Part shown: piece by piece, positions 25,037 through 33,795 of the stretch
Layout: each line of letters opens with the position of its first letter
How positions within the stretch are numbered: the stretch's first letter is position 1
NCBI GenBank assembly: GCA_002763225.1
Contig: PFAI01000028.1
Span: 1-37,950, forward strand
Length of the DNA stretch: 37,950 nt
Source of the DNA: Candidatus Diapherotrites archaeon CG10_big_fil_rev_8_21_14_0_10_31_34
GTDB taxonomy: Archaea > Iainarchaeota > Iainarchaeia > Iainarchaeales > 1-14-0-10-31-34
Direction of reading: 5' to 3'
Made by a program: the position numbers and the translations under genes
Notes under the pieces: generated by a model
What the model saw: only the letters and a program-made list of their open reading frames with translations
What the model was told of the DNA's origin: nothing
The model's database searches: none

Positions 25037-25714
25037 TCACTTTGAAATTTTTTTCTTTATTTCTTCTGAAACTTTCATTGAAGTTGTTTGAGATAAAGCG
25101 TCAATTGTTGCTCTGATAAAATTCAGTTTGGTGTCTGTTGCGCCTCTTGTTTTACTCCAAACATCTTTTATCCCAACAAAATTAAAAACATCTTTTATGT
25201 TATTTCCTACAACTAATCCTGTTCCTTTTGGTGCAGGAAGTAAATTAATTTTAACTGCCCCGCAGCTTCCAGTTACTTTAAATGGAATTGAGTGTCCTGT
25301 TCCGCAAGTACATTCCCATGACCCGCATCCTTTTCTTACTCTTATTAAATTTAGTTTTGCTCTTCTTGTAGCTTTTCTTATTGCAGGCCATTTTTCTTTG
25401 TGTTTTCCTGTTCCAATTCCAATGAATTCATTTTTATCTCCGATAATTACTGTCGCTCTAAAAGAAAACTGTCTTCCGGCTCTTCTTACTTTAGTTGTTT
25501 TTTTAAAGTCAACCATTTTTTCTTCTAAGTCTCTGAGTAAATAATCAATTATAGCTGGTTCAATTAATGGAAGTTTTGATTCCATTGCTTCTTTCATAGT
25601 TGCTATTTCGCCGCTTTTAACTTTTTTTCCTAAAACGGTTTTTGGAATCCATTCAATTTCTTCTGGTTTCTTTTTTTCTCTTTCTCTTCTTTCTCTTTTC
25701 GGTTTTTGTGCCAT
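25037..25714 (-). CDS. rps5: 30S ribosomal protein S5
   Basis: WIPKT.LG, GCGSWEC, PAPKGTGLV. Confidence 0.97.
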   Translation of the reverse strand: MAQKPKRERREREKKKPEEIEWIPKTVLGKKVKSGEIATMKEAMESKLPLIEPAIIDYLLRDLEEKMVDFKKTTKVRRAGRQFSFRATVIIGDKNEFIGIGTGKHKEKWPAIRKATRRAKLNLIRVRKGCGSWECTCGTGHSIPFKVTGSCGAVKINLLPAPKGTGLVVGNNIKDVFNFVGIKDVWSKTRGATDTKLNFIRATIDALSQTTSMKVSEEIKKKISK

Positions 25715-26295
25715 TATCTCTCACCATACTTTTTCTTTATTTCATTTAATACTTCTTGAAAATGATTGCTTACCTTGGTTTTGTCCAGTCCTTTTTTTGC
25801 ATATTCTGCAAACTGTTTTTTGAATTTTTCTTCGTCAATCGAAGTTAAGTATTTTTCTATTTCTTTTCCGTTTATTTTTTCTTCTTTGGGTAAAGCTTTT
25901 TTGTCAAAAGGAATATTCAATTTTGCATCTACTGCTCCTTTTAGTGCTGCAAAAATAAGTGATCCATGAACAGGAGTGTTTCTTCCAATATCCAGTACTG
26001 CTTCTTTTGTTTCTTTTGCTTTTGAAACACAAAGGAATCCGGTTAAATATGCTGCCGGAAGGTTTTTTGTGTTTAGTTTCCATCCAAACTTTTTTAAATC
26101 ATTTGAGGTTGAATGAGCTAACACTTTATCTCCTTCTTTTTTGTATTCAATTAATTGTGCGGTTATTTTTTTGCTGCTTTTTCTTACAACAAGTCTTGGT
26201 TTGTTTCCTTTAAGTAAAGCAAGCCTTTTTTTGTAGTCTGTTTTTCCTTCTCTTCTTCTTCTGAATTTTACTTCGTATGTTGCGTTGTGGCTCAT
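25714..26295 (-). CDS. rpl18: 50S ribosomal protein L18
   Basis: RRRREGKTDY..RL, NLPAAYLTG, ALKGAVD. Confidence 0.97.
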   Translation of the reverse strand: MSHNATYEVKFRRRREGKTDYKKRLALLKGNKPRLVVRKSSKKITAQLIEYKKEGDKVLAHSTSNDLKKFGWKLNTKNLPAAYLTGFLCVSKAKETKEAVLDIGRNTPVHGSLIFAALKGAVDAKLNIPFDKKALPKEEKINGKEIEKYLTSIDEEKFKKQFAEYAKKGLDKTKVSNHFQEVLNEIKKKYGER

Positions 26296-26732
26296 TTTTT
26301 ATCACCTTTTACTGCTGCTTCAACATATTTTTTTCCTTTAAAGTAGTTTCCTTTAATTCTTCTGTAAATTTTTCCGTATTCTCCTTTTTCCATTTTAACT
26401 TCTTTTTTTAATTCTTTAATTTTTTTTCTTTGGGCTCTGACTGTTTTAATCCAGCTTTTTTTCTTTCTTGTTCTTGTTTTTATTGTTCCTTTTCTTTTTC
26501 CCTGCCCTCTTTTTCTTCCTTTCTTTTTCTTTTCTTTTAACTTTCTTGCTCTTCCTTTACTTTGATAAGCATCTTTTCTTTTTTTGACTATTCCATCTTT
26601 GATTAACTGCCTTACATCTTCTTTTGTCATGCTTTCAGCTATTCTTTCTCTTTCTTTTTCTGAGAAAACAATTTTGCTTTTTCCGATGTTTAGTATTTCT
26701 GCTGCCATTCTTCTTATTTTGTTTAATTGCAT
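26292..26732 (-). CDS. rpl19e: 50S ribosomal protein L19e
   Basis: RMAAEIL, KGRKRGQGKRKG, W...RAQR, KGNYF. Confidence 0.96.
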   Translation of the reverse strand: MQLNKIRRMAAEILNIGKSKIVFSEKERERIAESMTKEDVRQLIKDGIVKKRKDAYQSKGRARKLKEKKKKGRKRGQGKRKGTIKTRTRKKKSWIKTVRAQRKKIKELKKEVKMEKGEYGKIYRRIKGNYFKGKKYVEAAVKGDKK

Positions 26733-26742
26733 TTTAATACAC

Positions 26743-27393
26743 CTAATTTAATATCCTTAAATTCATTTCTTTTGCAGTTTTAAGTATTTCTTTTTTTGAT
26801 TTTTTTCCGATTGTCCTTTTCAGTCTTATAACAATGTTTTTTTCTTTTATTTTTTTTAGTTCGTTTAAATTGTTTACATATACTTCTCTTAATCCTGATG
26901 GATGCAATCCTCTTATTTCTTTTGTTGTTCTATAACCCATTTTTGGTCTTGCCCCATTGTCTTTTTTCAAATAAAAGTCAATTCCTCTTGCTTTGCTCCA
27001 TTTAGCCCATTTTTTGATTGCTTTTCTTCTTAACCATGATTTTCCGAAGTTTCCTCTTATTATTGGAACTTTTTTTTGCTTTATTTTTTCCTGTAATTTT
27101 TTTTGTTCTTCTGTTTTTTTGATTTTGTTTACTGCTTTTGGTTTCTTTTTTTCTTTTGGTTGTTGAACCTGAACTTTCTTTTTTTCAGTTTTAATATCTT
27201 TTTTTGAAACTTCGTTTCCCTCTTTTTTTTCTTCTTTTGTTTTCTTTTTCTTTTCTTCAGCTTTTTTGTCTTCTTTAGGTGTTTCTTTTTTATCTTCAAT
27301 TTTGAGTAATTCAGCTTTTTCATCAATTTTTTCTTTAGTAATTTCTTTTTTTGTTGCTTCTTCTTTTTTATTGTCTTTATTTTCTTCTGCCAT
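26743..27393 (-). CDS. rpl32e: 50S ribosomal protein L32e with K/E-rich N-terminal extension
   Basis: W.K.RG, P.MGY, RGLHPSG, ILN terminus. Confidence 0.93.
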   Translation of the reverse strand: MAEENKDNKKEEATKKEITKEKIDEKAELLKIEDKKETPKEDKKAEEKKKKTKEEKKEGNEVSKKDIKTEKKKVQVQQPKEKKKPKAVNKIKKTEEQKKLQEKIKQKKVPIIRGNFGKSWLRRKAIKKWAKWSKARGIDFYLKKDNGARPKMGYRTTKEIRGLHPSGLREVYVNNLNELKKIKEKNIVIRLKRTIGKKSKKEILKTAKEMNLRILN

Positions 27394-27929
27394 TACTCAT
27401 TCACCTTTTTTTCTGTTAAGTATATTCCGTCCTGGAAAACTCTTGGGTCTCTGTTTTTGATTTTTGTTGCTTTTTCCAGGTTTGCAGCTGTTTGGCCTAT
27501 TTCTTCTTTGTTTATTCCTGTTAAAGTGATTTCTTTTCCTTTTATTTCAACTTTTGTTTGACCGATTATTTTTGATTTTCTTGGTTTTTTTTCTCCAACA
27601 AAATTATTTATTTCCACAGTGTTTCCTTTTACTGTGACATTTATTGGAAAATGTGAAAATACAACACGCATTTTGTAAGTATATCCTTTGTTTGTTCCTT
27701 CAACCATATTTTTTATGTGTGCTTCAACTGTGTTAATTGTTACTTTGGCTCTTTTTGATCCTGCATGAGAAGAAACTGTTATTTTGTTTTCTTTTAATTC
27801 AATTTTCACTTTTGTGTGAGTTAAATCTCTTTCAATAACCCCTAATTTTCCAGTAATCTTTACGTTTGCTCCTGTAACTTCTGCTTTTGTTCCTTCTGGA
27901 ATTTCAATTGTTTTTGGTTGTGCTTTCAT
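27393..27929 (-). CDS. rpl6: 50S ribosomal protein L6
   Basis: SHFPI, NFVGEK, GQTAANLE, DPRVFQDGIY; ATG 27929. Confidence 0.97.
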   Translation of the reverse strand: MKAQPKTIEIPEGTKAEVTGANVKITGKLGVIERDLTHTKVKIELKENKITVSSHAGSKRAKVTINTVEAHIKNMVEGTNKGYTYKMRVVFSHFPINVTVKGNTVEINNFVGEKKPRKSKIIGQTKVEIKGKEITLTGINKEEIGQTAANLEKATKIKNRDPRVFQDGIYLTEKKVNE

Positions 27930-27938
27930 TTTTATCAC

Positions 27939-27966
27939 TTAAACTTTTCAGAAAAATTTAATCAAA
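27939..27966 (-). repeat. TTTGAT-hairpin unit in inverted orientation (rps8-rpl6 spacer)
   Basis: Minus strand TTTGA TTAAATTTTT ctg AAAAGTTTAA. Confidence 0.7.
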
Positions 27967-27969
27967 TCC

Positions 27970-28362
27970 TTAATATACAAAGGCGATTAATCTTCCTCCA
28001 ACATCTTTGCTTTTTGCTTCTTTGTGGGTCATTACCCCTTTTGAAGTTGAAACTATTAATATCCCGATTTCTTTTGAAGGTAAAAATCTTTTTTCGTATT
28101 TTTCAAATTCGTGTTTCTTTACAGCATATCTTGGTTTTATTGCTTTGCATTCATTGATTTTTCCTTTTAATTCTACTTTAAACATTCCGTCTCTTCCGTC
28201 ATCAATTAATTCATATTTTTCGATAAATCCTTTTTTCATCAAAATTTTGAGTATTTCAGTGATTAATTTTGATGCAGGCTTAAATGTGCATTCTTTTTTT
28301 GATGCCATTTCATAATTTTTCAAGTTTATTAATGCATCTGCTACTGGATCTGTTAAACTCAT
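27970..28362 (-). CDS. rps8: 30S ribosomal protein S8
   Basis: DPVADAL, KPASKL, STSKGVMTH, GGRLIAFVY; ATG 28362. Confidence 0.97.
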   Translation of the reverse strand: MSLTDPVADALINLKNYEMASKKECTFKPASKLITEILKILMKKGFIEKYELIDDGRDGMFKVELKGKINECKAIKPRYAVKKHEFEKYEKRFLPSKEIGILIVSTSKGVMTHKEAKSKDVGGRLIAFVY

Positions 28363-28376
28363 GTTTTTATTCACCT

Positions 28377-28511
28377 TTAATTATATTTATTAAATCCTAT
28401 TTTTGTTGCTCTTTCTTTGAAGCATCTTCTGCAAATTTGCATTCCGTATTTTCTGATTACTCCTCTCCTGCTTTTGCATACTGTGCAGTTCACTTCTTTT
28501 TTGTTAATCAT
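28377..28511 (-). CDS. rps14: 30S ribosomal protein S14 (44 aa; below the ORF-track cut-off)
   Basis: Manual translation [48 protein letters not shown] overlap with rpl5. Confidence 0.95.
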   Translation of the reverse strand: MINKKEVNCTVCKSRRGVIRKYGMQICRRCFKERATKIGFNKYN

Positions 28512-29017
28512 TTTATTTCAACTCCAAATTCTTTTTTCACAAAGTTTATTGCTTCGTCTTTTGTTACTCTGTGTTTTATTGGAACTTTTTTTGAATTGTT
28601 TTTTCTTCTTTTAATTCTATAACCTTTTTTTTCCAAGCTCACTAAAACATTAAATCCTTTTATTCCAAGTGCTGGGTCATATTTTACTCCCGGCAAGTCA
28701 ATGTATTCTTTTATTCCAAATCCGAAGTTTCCTGTTTTGTCAAAGTTCTTGTTTAATAAAATATTTTCTTTTGCTTTAAATGCAGTTTTTAAGAATTCTT
28801 TTGCTTTTTCTTTTCTTAGTGTTACTTTTACTCCGATTGGCAGCCCTGGTCTAATCCCCCATGTCGGTTGTTTTACTTTGCTTTTTGTTTGGACTGCTTT
28901 GCTTCCAGTTATTTTTTCCAGTATCTTTTGTCCTTTTTTTAGTTCGTCTCCGGCTTCTCCGACACCCATGTTTAATACAACTTTTTCTATTTTGACTTCT
29001 TTCATTGGGTTTTCCAT
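28508..29017 (-). CDS. rpl5: 50S ribosomal protein L5
   Basis: [29 protein letters not shown]. Confidence 0.97.
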   Translation of the reverse strand: MENPMKEVKIEKVVLNMGVGEAGDELKKGQKILEKITGSKAVQTKSKVKQPTWGIRPGLPIGVKVTLRKEKAKEFLKTAFKAKENILLNKNFDKTGNFGFGIKEYIDLPGVKYDPALGIKGFNVLVSLEKKGYRIKRRKNNSKKVPIKHRVTKDEAINFVKKEFGVEIK

Positions 29018-29026
29018 TTTTTACAC

Positions 29027-29740
29027 CTATAATTCTATTTCTGATTTTTTTTCTCCGATAACAAATACATTTGTTTCAGTGGTTTTGAATTCTTTTTCTT
29101 TTGTTTTTAGTTTAACTGTTTTAACTCTGTTTATTGTTCCCTGAAGTATTTCTTCTATTTGTGCTTGTGTTCCTGTGTGGCTTCCCCCTGTAATATAAAC
29201 AAAATTTCCTTTTTTTTCTGGAATTTTTTCCAGTATTTTTTGGTCTGGCAAAGAAATTTTAATTGAGTCTCCTATTTTTAGTTCTGTTTCTTTTTCAATA
29301 AAAGTTCTTCCATCATTTGTATTTAATTGAATCTCTTTTTTTCCATTGACTTTTTTCCCGGTTATTTTGCATAATTTTACCGGCTTTTTTTCTTCTGTAT
29401 TTATTGTTTTAAGCCTTCCTTTCGAATCTAATACTATTCGATAATTTTCTTTTATGTCTTCGATTGAAATCAAATCAAATAAACCTATTGGAAATTTTAA
29501 TTCTTTTCTTATTTTTCCGTCTACTTTTACTTTTCCTGCGTTTAATATTTTTTTTACTTCTTTTTTGTTGGTTGCAATCTTTAAAATATCTCTGATTAAA
29601 AATCCTAATGGGATTGACTGAGTAAAATTATGAGGGCCTGACTTTAATTTTATTGTAAAAGTGTTTTCTTTTCTGTCCATTTTTCTTACTTTGTTTGTTG
29701 ACAGTCTTTTCTGCTTTTTTTTGCTTCCTTTTTTTGCCAT
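29027..29740 (-). CDS. rps4e: 30S ribosomal protein S4e
   Basis: GPH, VKVDG, FPIGLFD, TGGSH.G, NVFVIG. Confidence 0.96.
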   Translation of the reverse strand: MAKKGSKKKQKRLSTNKVRKMDRKENTFTIKLKSGPHNFTQSIPLGFLIRDILKIATNKKEVKKILNAGKVKVDGKIRKELKFPIGLFDLISIEDIKENYRIVLDSKGRLKTINTEEKKPVKLCKITGKKVNGKKEIQLNTNDGRTFIEKETELKIGDSIKISLPDQKILEKIPEKKGNFVYITGGSHTGTQAQIEEILQGTINRVKTVKLKTKEKEFKTTETNVFVIGEKKSEIEL

Positions 29741-30235
29741 TTACTTTCCCTCTTTTATAGTTTCTTCTTCTGTTTTTTTTTCAACAGGTTTTTCTTCAAC
29801 TTTCTTTGTTTCTTTTTGAACTTCTTCTTTGTTTATTTCTTTTTTCTTTCCAGTAACTTTTGCTTCTTCTTTTTTTGATGTTGGTTTTTTTGCCCTTTTT
29901 AATCTTTTATCATCTTTTGTTTCTAATTCAATTAACATTAAATTGCTTGCCTTAAACGGAATTAATTTTTCTGTTCCGTCTGCTTTTTTTCTTGTCATTT
30001 TGTCAATAAACACTTTTGCTTTTTTGTGGTGTACTTTTACTATTCTTCCTTCTTTTTTCTTGTGGCTTCCTCTCATAATTTTTACTTTATCATCTTTTCT
30101 TACCATTAAACTTCTTTTTCCTGTTTCTTTTCTTAACTCTTTACTTAAGTTTGCAGTTAAAACAATTTTTCTTTCATGAAGTTTTCCTTTGTATAATCTT
30201 TTTCTTTGTTTTGATGGTTTTTTTGTTTTATTCAT
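29741..30235 (-). CDS. rpl24: 50S ribosomal protein L24 with K/E-rich tail
   Basis: PSKQRK, LSKELR, D.VKIMRG, ASN. Confidence 0.96.
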   Translation of the reverse strand: MNKTKKPSKQRKRLYKGKLHERKIVLTANLSKELRKETGKRSLMVRKDDKVKIMRGSHKKKEGRIVKVHHKKAKVFIDKMTRKKADGTEKLIPFKASNLMLIELETKDDKRLKRAKKPTSKKEEAKVTGKKKEINKEEVQKETKKVEEKPVEKKTEEETIKEGK

Positions 30236-30244
30236 GTTTACACC

Positions 30245-30643
30245 TTAAACTATTCCTTGTGCTATTCCTGCCACTTTAGGCCATCTTTCTCCGACTTCTT
30301 TTGCTACTACTCCTTTGATTTCTGATGCTTTTGGTAATCCTTTATCATCAACTAATACTACTGCATTGTCTTCAAATTTTATTCTTGTTCCGTCTCTTCT
30401 TCTGTATTCTTTTTTTACTCTGATTACTACTGCTCTTTCAACTTTTTTCCTTATTTCTGGTTTTCCTTTTTTTACCACTACATTAACCATGTCTGCTATT
30501 CCAGCTTTTTGTGCCATTTTTTTTCTTGATTTAAAATGAAATACAGTAATTATTTCAACTATTTTTGCTCCACTGTTGTCTGCACAAATACATCTTGTTT
30601 TTTGTGTTAATCCTTTTGTGGCGTTTGCATTAATCGCTTTCAT
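30245..30643 (-). CDS. rpl14: 50S ribosomal protein L14
   Basis: CADNSGAK, KFEDNAVV. Confidence 0.97.
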   Translation of the reverse strand: MKAINANATKGLTQKTRCICADNSGAKIVEIITVFHFKSRKKMAQKAGIADMVNVVVKKGKPEIRKKVERAVVIRVKKEYRRRDGTRIKFEDNAVVLVDDKGLPKASEIKGVVAKEVGERWPKVAGIAQGIV

Positions 30644-30929
30644 TTGATTCTACCTCTAATACAACAAAACTTTTTGTTTTGCTTATTCTTCTTGTTTCCC
30701 CTATTTTAACTTTATTGCCTTCTTGTGCGTTAATGCATTTAGGGTTATGTGCTGTAATCTTTGATCTTATTTTTTTGTATCTTTCATATTTTGGTATTTT
30801 TTTTGTCAGTATTCTTTCAATGGTTATTGTTTTGTTTCCTTTATCGCTGATTACTTTTCCTGTGAAAACATTTCCTCTTACTTTTATGTTCCCGTGTTTT
30901 GGGCAGTTTTTATCTTTGCATTCAGTCAT
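30630..30929 (-). CDS. rps17: 30S ribosomal protein S17
   Basis: C.D..CP.HG, PKYERY, AHNP.C, ISKTKSFVV. Confidence 0.97.
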   Translation of the reverse strand: MTECKDKNCPKHGNIKVRGNVFTGKVISDKGNKTITIERILTKKIPKYERYKKIRSKITAHNPKCINAQEGNKVKIGETRRISKTKSFVVLEVESNESD

Positions 30930-31218
30930 TTTTTTTCCTCCAAAACATCTTGATTCTGTCTTCTGGTTTCATCAAAATTTTTTCTCCGTTTATTTTTGTT
31001 TTTTTCCCTTTTAATTCAAATTCTATTTCTGCTTCTTTTTTTGGAATCTTTTTTTCTCCTTTTTTTGTTTCTATTATCAGCAAATTTTTTGTTTCTTTTA
31101 TTATTTTCCCTGAAATTTTTTTTGTTTTATCATTGCTTTTTGTTATTTTCACTTTTAATCCATTTATTTCATGCATTGCAACATTTTCTTGTGTAATTGC
31201 ATATTTTTTTTCAAACAT
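30922..31218 (-). CDS. rnp1: RNase P protein subunit 1 (Pop4/Rpp29)
   Basis: HE..GL.V, G.II.ETKN, IPK, PEDR. Confidence 0.93.
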   Translation of the reverse strand: MFEKKYAITQENVAMHEINGLKVKITKSNDKTKKISGKIIKETKNLLIIETKKGEKKIPKKEAEIEFELKGKKTKINGEKILMKPEDRIKMFWRKKND

Positions 31219-31513
31219 CAATTAATTCCTCTTTATACCCTTGTTCCAGTAATGCTTTTTTGATGTGTTTTTTATGGTCTCCTTGAAGTTCTATTGTATT
31301 TTCTTTTACTGTTCCTCCGCACGCAAACTTTTTTTTCAGGATTTTTTCAAGGTTTTTTGCTGCTTCATGGCTTTCTAATCCCTGCATTATTGTTATCCAT
31401 TTCCTGAATTTAATTTTTTTTACAAATATTTTGATTTTTTGGCTTTCTTTTGCGATTTCCTGGCAAACGCAGAGGTTTTTAGGAAGCCCACATGTTTGAC
31501 ATACTTCATTCAT
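31211..31513 (-). CDS. sui1: Translation initiation factor aIF1 (Sui1)
   Basis: C..CGLP..LC.C, ACGGT, IELQGDH. Confidence 0.96.
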   Translation of the reverse strand: MNEVCQTCGLPKNLCVCQEIAKESQKIKIFVKKIKFRKWITIMQGLESHEAAKNLEKILKKKFACGGTVKENTIELQGDHKKHIKKALLEQGYKEELIDV

Positions 31514-32022
31514 TTTTTTTCATTTCCTCCTTTTTTTCCCTTTTTCTTTTTTGATAAAACTTTTCTCAAAATTTTCTTTTGCTTTTTTTTGCTGATTGTT
31601 CTTCCTTTTTTCTTTATGCTTTTCTTTTTGGCTTTATTTTTTTTCTTTCTTGTTCTTTTTTTTGTTTTCTTCTTTTTTGATGAAACTTTTTTCAAAAGTT
31701 TCTTTTTAATTGAAATTTTGTCTTTTTTTTCGTCTTTTGTTTTTTGTTCAACCTTTCGTTTTGATAAATCTTTTTCTAAAAGATTTAAAGGTTGTTTTGT
31801 TTCTTCTGGTTTTTCCTTGCCTGCAAGTTTCTTTTCGTTTATTATTGTTAAAGTTCTTGCAATATCTCTTCTGATTTTTTTTATTTTTCCTGGATTTTCT
31901 GCTCTTGTTCCTGAACTGATTTGTGCTTTTTCTTTTGCTAAATCCCCTTTCATTGAAATAACTTTATCTTCCAGTTCTGTTATTGGGAGTTCTCTTATTT
32001 CTTGAATTTTTTTCTTTGTCAT
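31510..32022 (-). CDS. rpl29: 50S ribosomal protein L29 with about 105-aa Lys-rich C-terminal extension
   Basis: EIREL, ENPGKIKKIRRDIARTLTI. Confidence 0.93.
   Translation of the reverse strand: MTKKKIQEIRELPITELEDKVISMKGDLAKEKAQISSGTRAENPGKIKKIRRDIARTLTIINEKKLAGKEKPEETKQPLNLLEKDLSKRKVEQKTKDEKKDKISIKKKLLKKVSSKKKKTKKRTRKKKNKAKKKSIKKKGRTISKKKQKKILRKVLSKKKKGKKGGNEKK
31549..31787 (+). repeat. Three TTTTGAT-hairpin units in the rpl29 tail (31549-31575, 31675-31702, 31759-31787)
   Basis: AAACTTTT ctc AAAATTTT; GAAACTTTT ttc AAAAGTTTC; TAAATCTTTT tct AAAAGATTTA. Confidence 0.8.
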
Positions 32023-32029
32023 TTAATCA

Positions 32030-32908
32030 TCACTTTTCTTTCTTTTCTTTTGATACAACTTTTTCTAAAAGTTGTTTTTCGTCTTTTTTTGTTTCTTTGC
32101 TTTTTTCTTCATCTTTTTTTTCTTTTTTGTATTCTTTTGCTTCTTCTTTTCCTTCGTCTTTCTTTTTGTGTCCTTTTTTTTCTTTTTTATCGTCTTTATC
32201 TTTTTTCTTGTGTTCTTTTTTGTTTTCTTCTTTTTCTTCGGTTTTCTCTTTTTTCTCTTCTATTCTGGTTTCTTTTTTAGTTTCTTCTTTTGGTTTTTCT
32301 TTTCTGCTTTCAATTAATTCTTTAATATCAATTTTGTCTGGGAAAACTGTGCCTGGTTTAACTATTCTTATTTTTACTCCTATTGTCCCAAATTTTGCTT
32401 TTGCAGGTGCAGCCCCGTAATCAACCATTTTTGCTTGTTCTCCGATTTTTTTCATATATCCTTCTGCTACTCTTTGTTTTCTTTTTCTTACTCCTTTTCC
32501 GCCTAGTGCTCCTGACAAAACTATTTCTACTCCTTGTGCTCCTGCTCCGGTAATATCTTTTACTGTTCTATACACTACACTTCTCCAGCTAAAACCTCTT
32601 CCAATTAAACTTGAGATTTTGTCTGCCATTGCCTGTGCATCTAATTCAGGGACAGTAATTTCTTTTATTTCTATTTGAGGGTTTTCTATCCCGAATTTTT
32701 CTTCTAATATTTTTGTCAGTTTTTTGATGTTTGTTCCGCCTTTTCCTATTGCTAGTCCTGGTCTAGTTACATTTAATACAATTCTTGTTACCAGAGGGGT
32801 TTTGACTGTTTCAAGTTTGGTAAAACCTGCTTTATCTAATTCTTTTTTTAAGTAATTTTCCATTTCAATTTTTTTTATTCCTTGTTTGATGAATATTCTT
32901 TCAATCAT
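32030..32908 (-). CDS. rps3: 30S ribosomal protein S3 with K/E-rich C-terminal extension
   Basis: RPGLAIGKGG, AGAQGVEI..SG, GTIGVKI.I. Confidence 0.97.
   Translation of the reverse strand: MIERIFIKQGIKKIEMENYLKKELDKAGFTKLETVKTPLVTRIVLNVTRPGLAIGKGGTNIKKLTKILEEKFGIENPQIEIKEITVPELDAQAMADKISSLIGRGFSWRSVVYRTVKDITGAGAQGVEIVLSGALGGKGVRKRKQRVAEGYMKKIGEQAKMVDYGAAPAKAKFGTIGVKIRIVKPGTVFPDKIDIKELIESRKEKPKEETKKETRIEEKKEKTEEKEENKKEHKKKDKDDKKEKKGHKKKDEGKEEAKEYKKEKKDEEKSKETKKDEKQLLEKVVSKEKKEK
32048..32075 (+). repeat. TTTTGAT-hairpin unit in the rps3 tail
   Basis: TTTTGAT ACAACTTTT tct AAAAGTTGT; encodes QLLEKVVSK. Confidence 0.85.
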
Positions 32909-33382
32909 TTATTTTCCCTCTTGAAGTATTATTTCAATGTGAGCTGATTTTCTTGTTCTTCTTTTTCCTGAAATTTTTCCTTTTGGCTGATGTGTTGCTC
33001 TTCCATAACCCATTGAAGTAAAACCATGTTTTACAAACAAGTTGTCTGTGTCTAATCCTTTGTAATCTGCGTTTGCTTTTGCGCTTTCAATTACTCCTAA
33101 AAAAGCTTTTGCTACTTTGAGTGGATATCTCCCTGATTTTACTTTATCTTGGGCGTTTCCTTTTCTGTGTGCTACTTTTTTATTGTATCTTCTTAATGGA
33201 AGGAATTCTTTTTTTTCAATCATGTTTTGCAGAAATTCTTCAACTCTTTTAACTTTTTTTCCTTTTATTCTGTTAATCATTTCTGTTGAATATTTTAGTG
33301 AAACATTTGCGTTTTTTTTAATAGCTTTAGCTGTAATTTTGTCGTTGATTTTTTCCTGCAAATTATATTCTTTTTTAACCAT
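32909..33382 (-). CDS. rpl22: 50S ribosomal protein L22
   Basis: S.K.S.E, AHRKG, GRYP.K, HIEIIL. Confidence 0.96.
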   Translation of the reverse strand: MVKKEYNLQEKINDKITAKAIKKNANVSLKYSTEMINRIKGKKVKRVEEFLQNMIEKKEFLPLRRYNKKVAHRKGNAQDKVKSGRYPLKVAKAFLGVIESAKANADYKGLDTDNLFVKHGFTSMGYGRATHQPKGKISGKRRTRKSAHIEIILQEGK

Positions 33383-33386
33383 TTTA

Positions 33387-33788
33387 TCACTTTCTTGCAG
33401 TTATTGCAGTACTTGATTTTGTTGCTCCAATTCCTGCTTTTCCATGCAATAATCTTTTTCTTGTTAAAACCATTTCACCTAAATAATGGCCTAACATTTC
33501 TTGCATTATTTCTCTTATTTCAAATTCTTTTCCATTGTATATTGCAAAACTTAATCCAACCATTTTTGGAATTACTATTGCATCTCTGTCGTGGGTTCTG
33601 ATTGGTTTTGGTTCTTTTCCGCTTGACTTAACTTTTAGTGCTTTTTCTATTTGATAATCTAGTTTTTTGTTTTGGTTTCTTTTAAGGCTTCTTCTTGTTC
33701 TTGAAGTAACCAGTTTTGAGAATTCATCTAAATTCATTTTTTCCAGTTCTTCTAATGTTTTTCCTTTAAATGTAAATATTTTTGCCAT
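33387..33788 (-). CDS. rps19: 30S ribosomal protein S19
   Basis: IRTH.RD, YNGKEF, MLGHYLGE, GIGATKSS. Confidence 0.97.
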   Translation of the reverse strand: MAKIFTFKGKTLEELEKMNLDEFSKLVTSRTRRSLKRNQNKKLDYQIEKALKVKSSGKEPKPIRTHDRDAIVIPKMVGLSFAIYNGKEFEIREIMQEMLGHYLGEMVLTRKRLLHGKAGIGATKSSTAITARK

Positions 33789-33795
33789 TAATTAT

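Noticed and set aside
27129..27326. 65-aa Lys-rich minus-strand ORF
   Set aside because: Alternative frame within the low-complexity rpl32e extension, with no SD or independent evidence.
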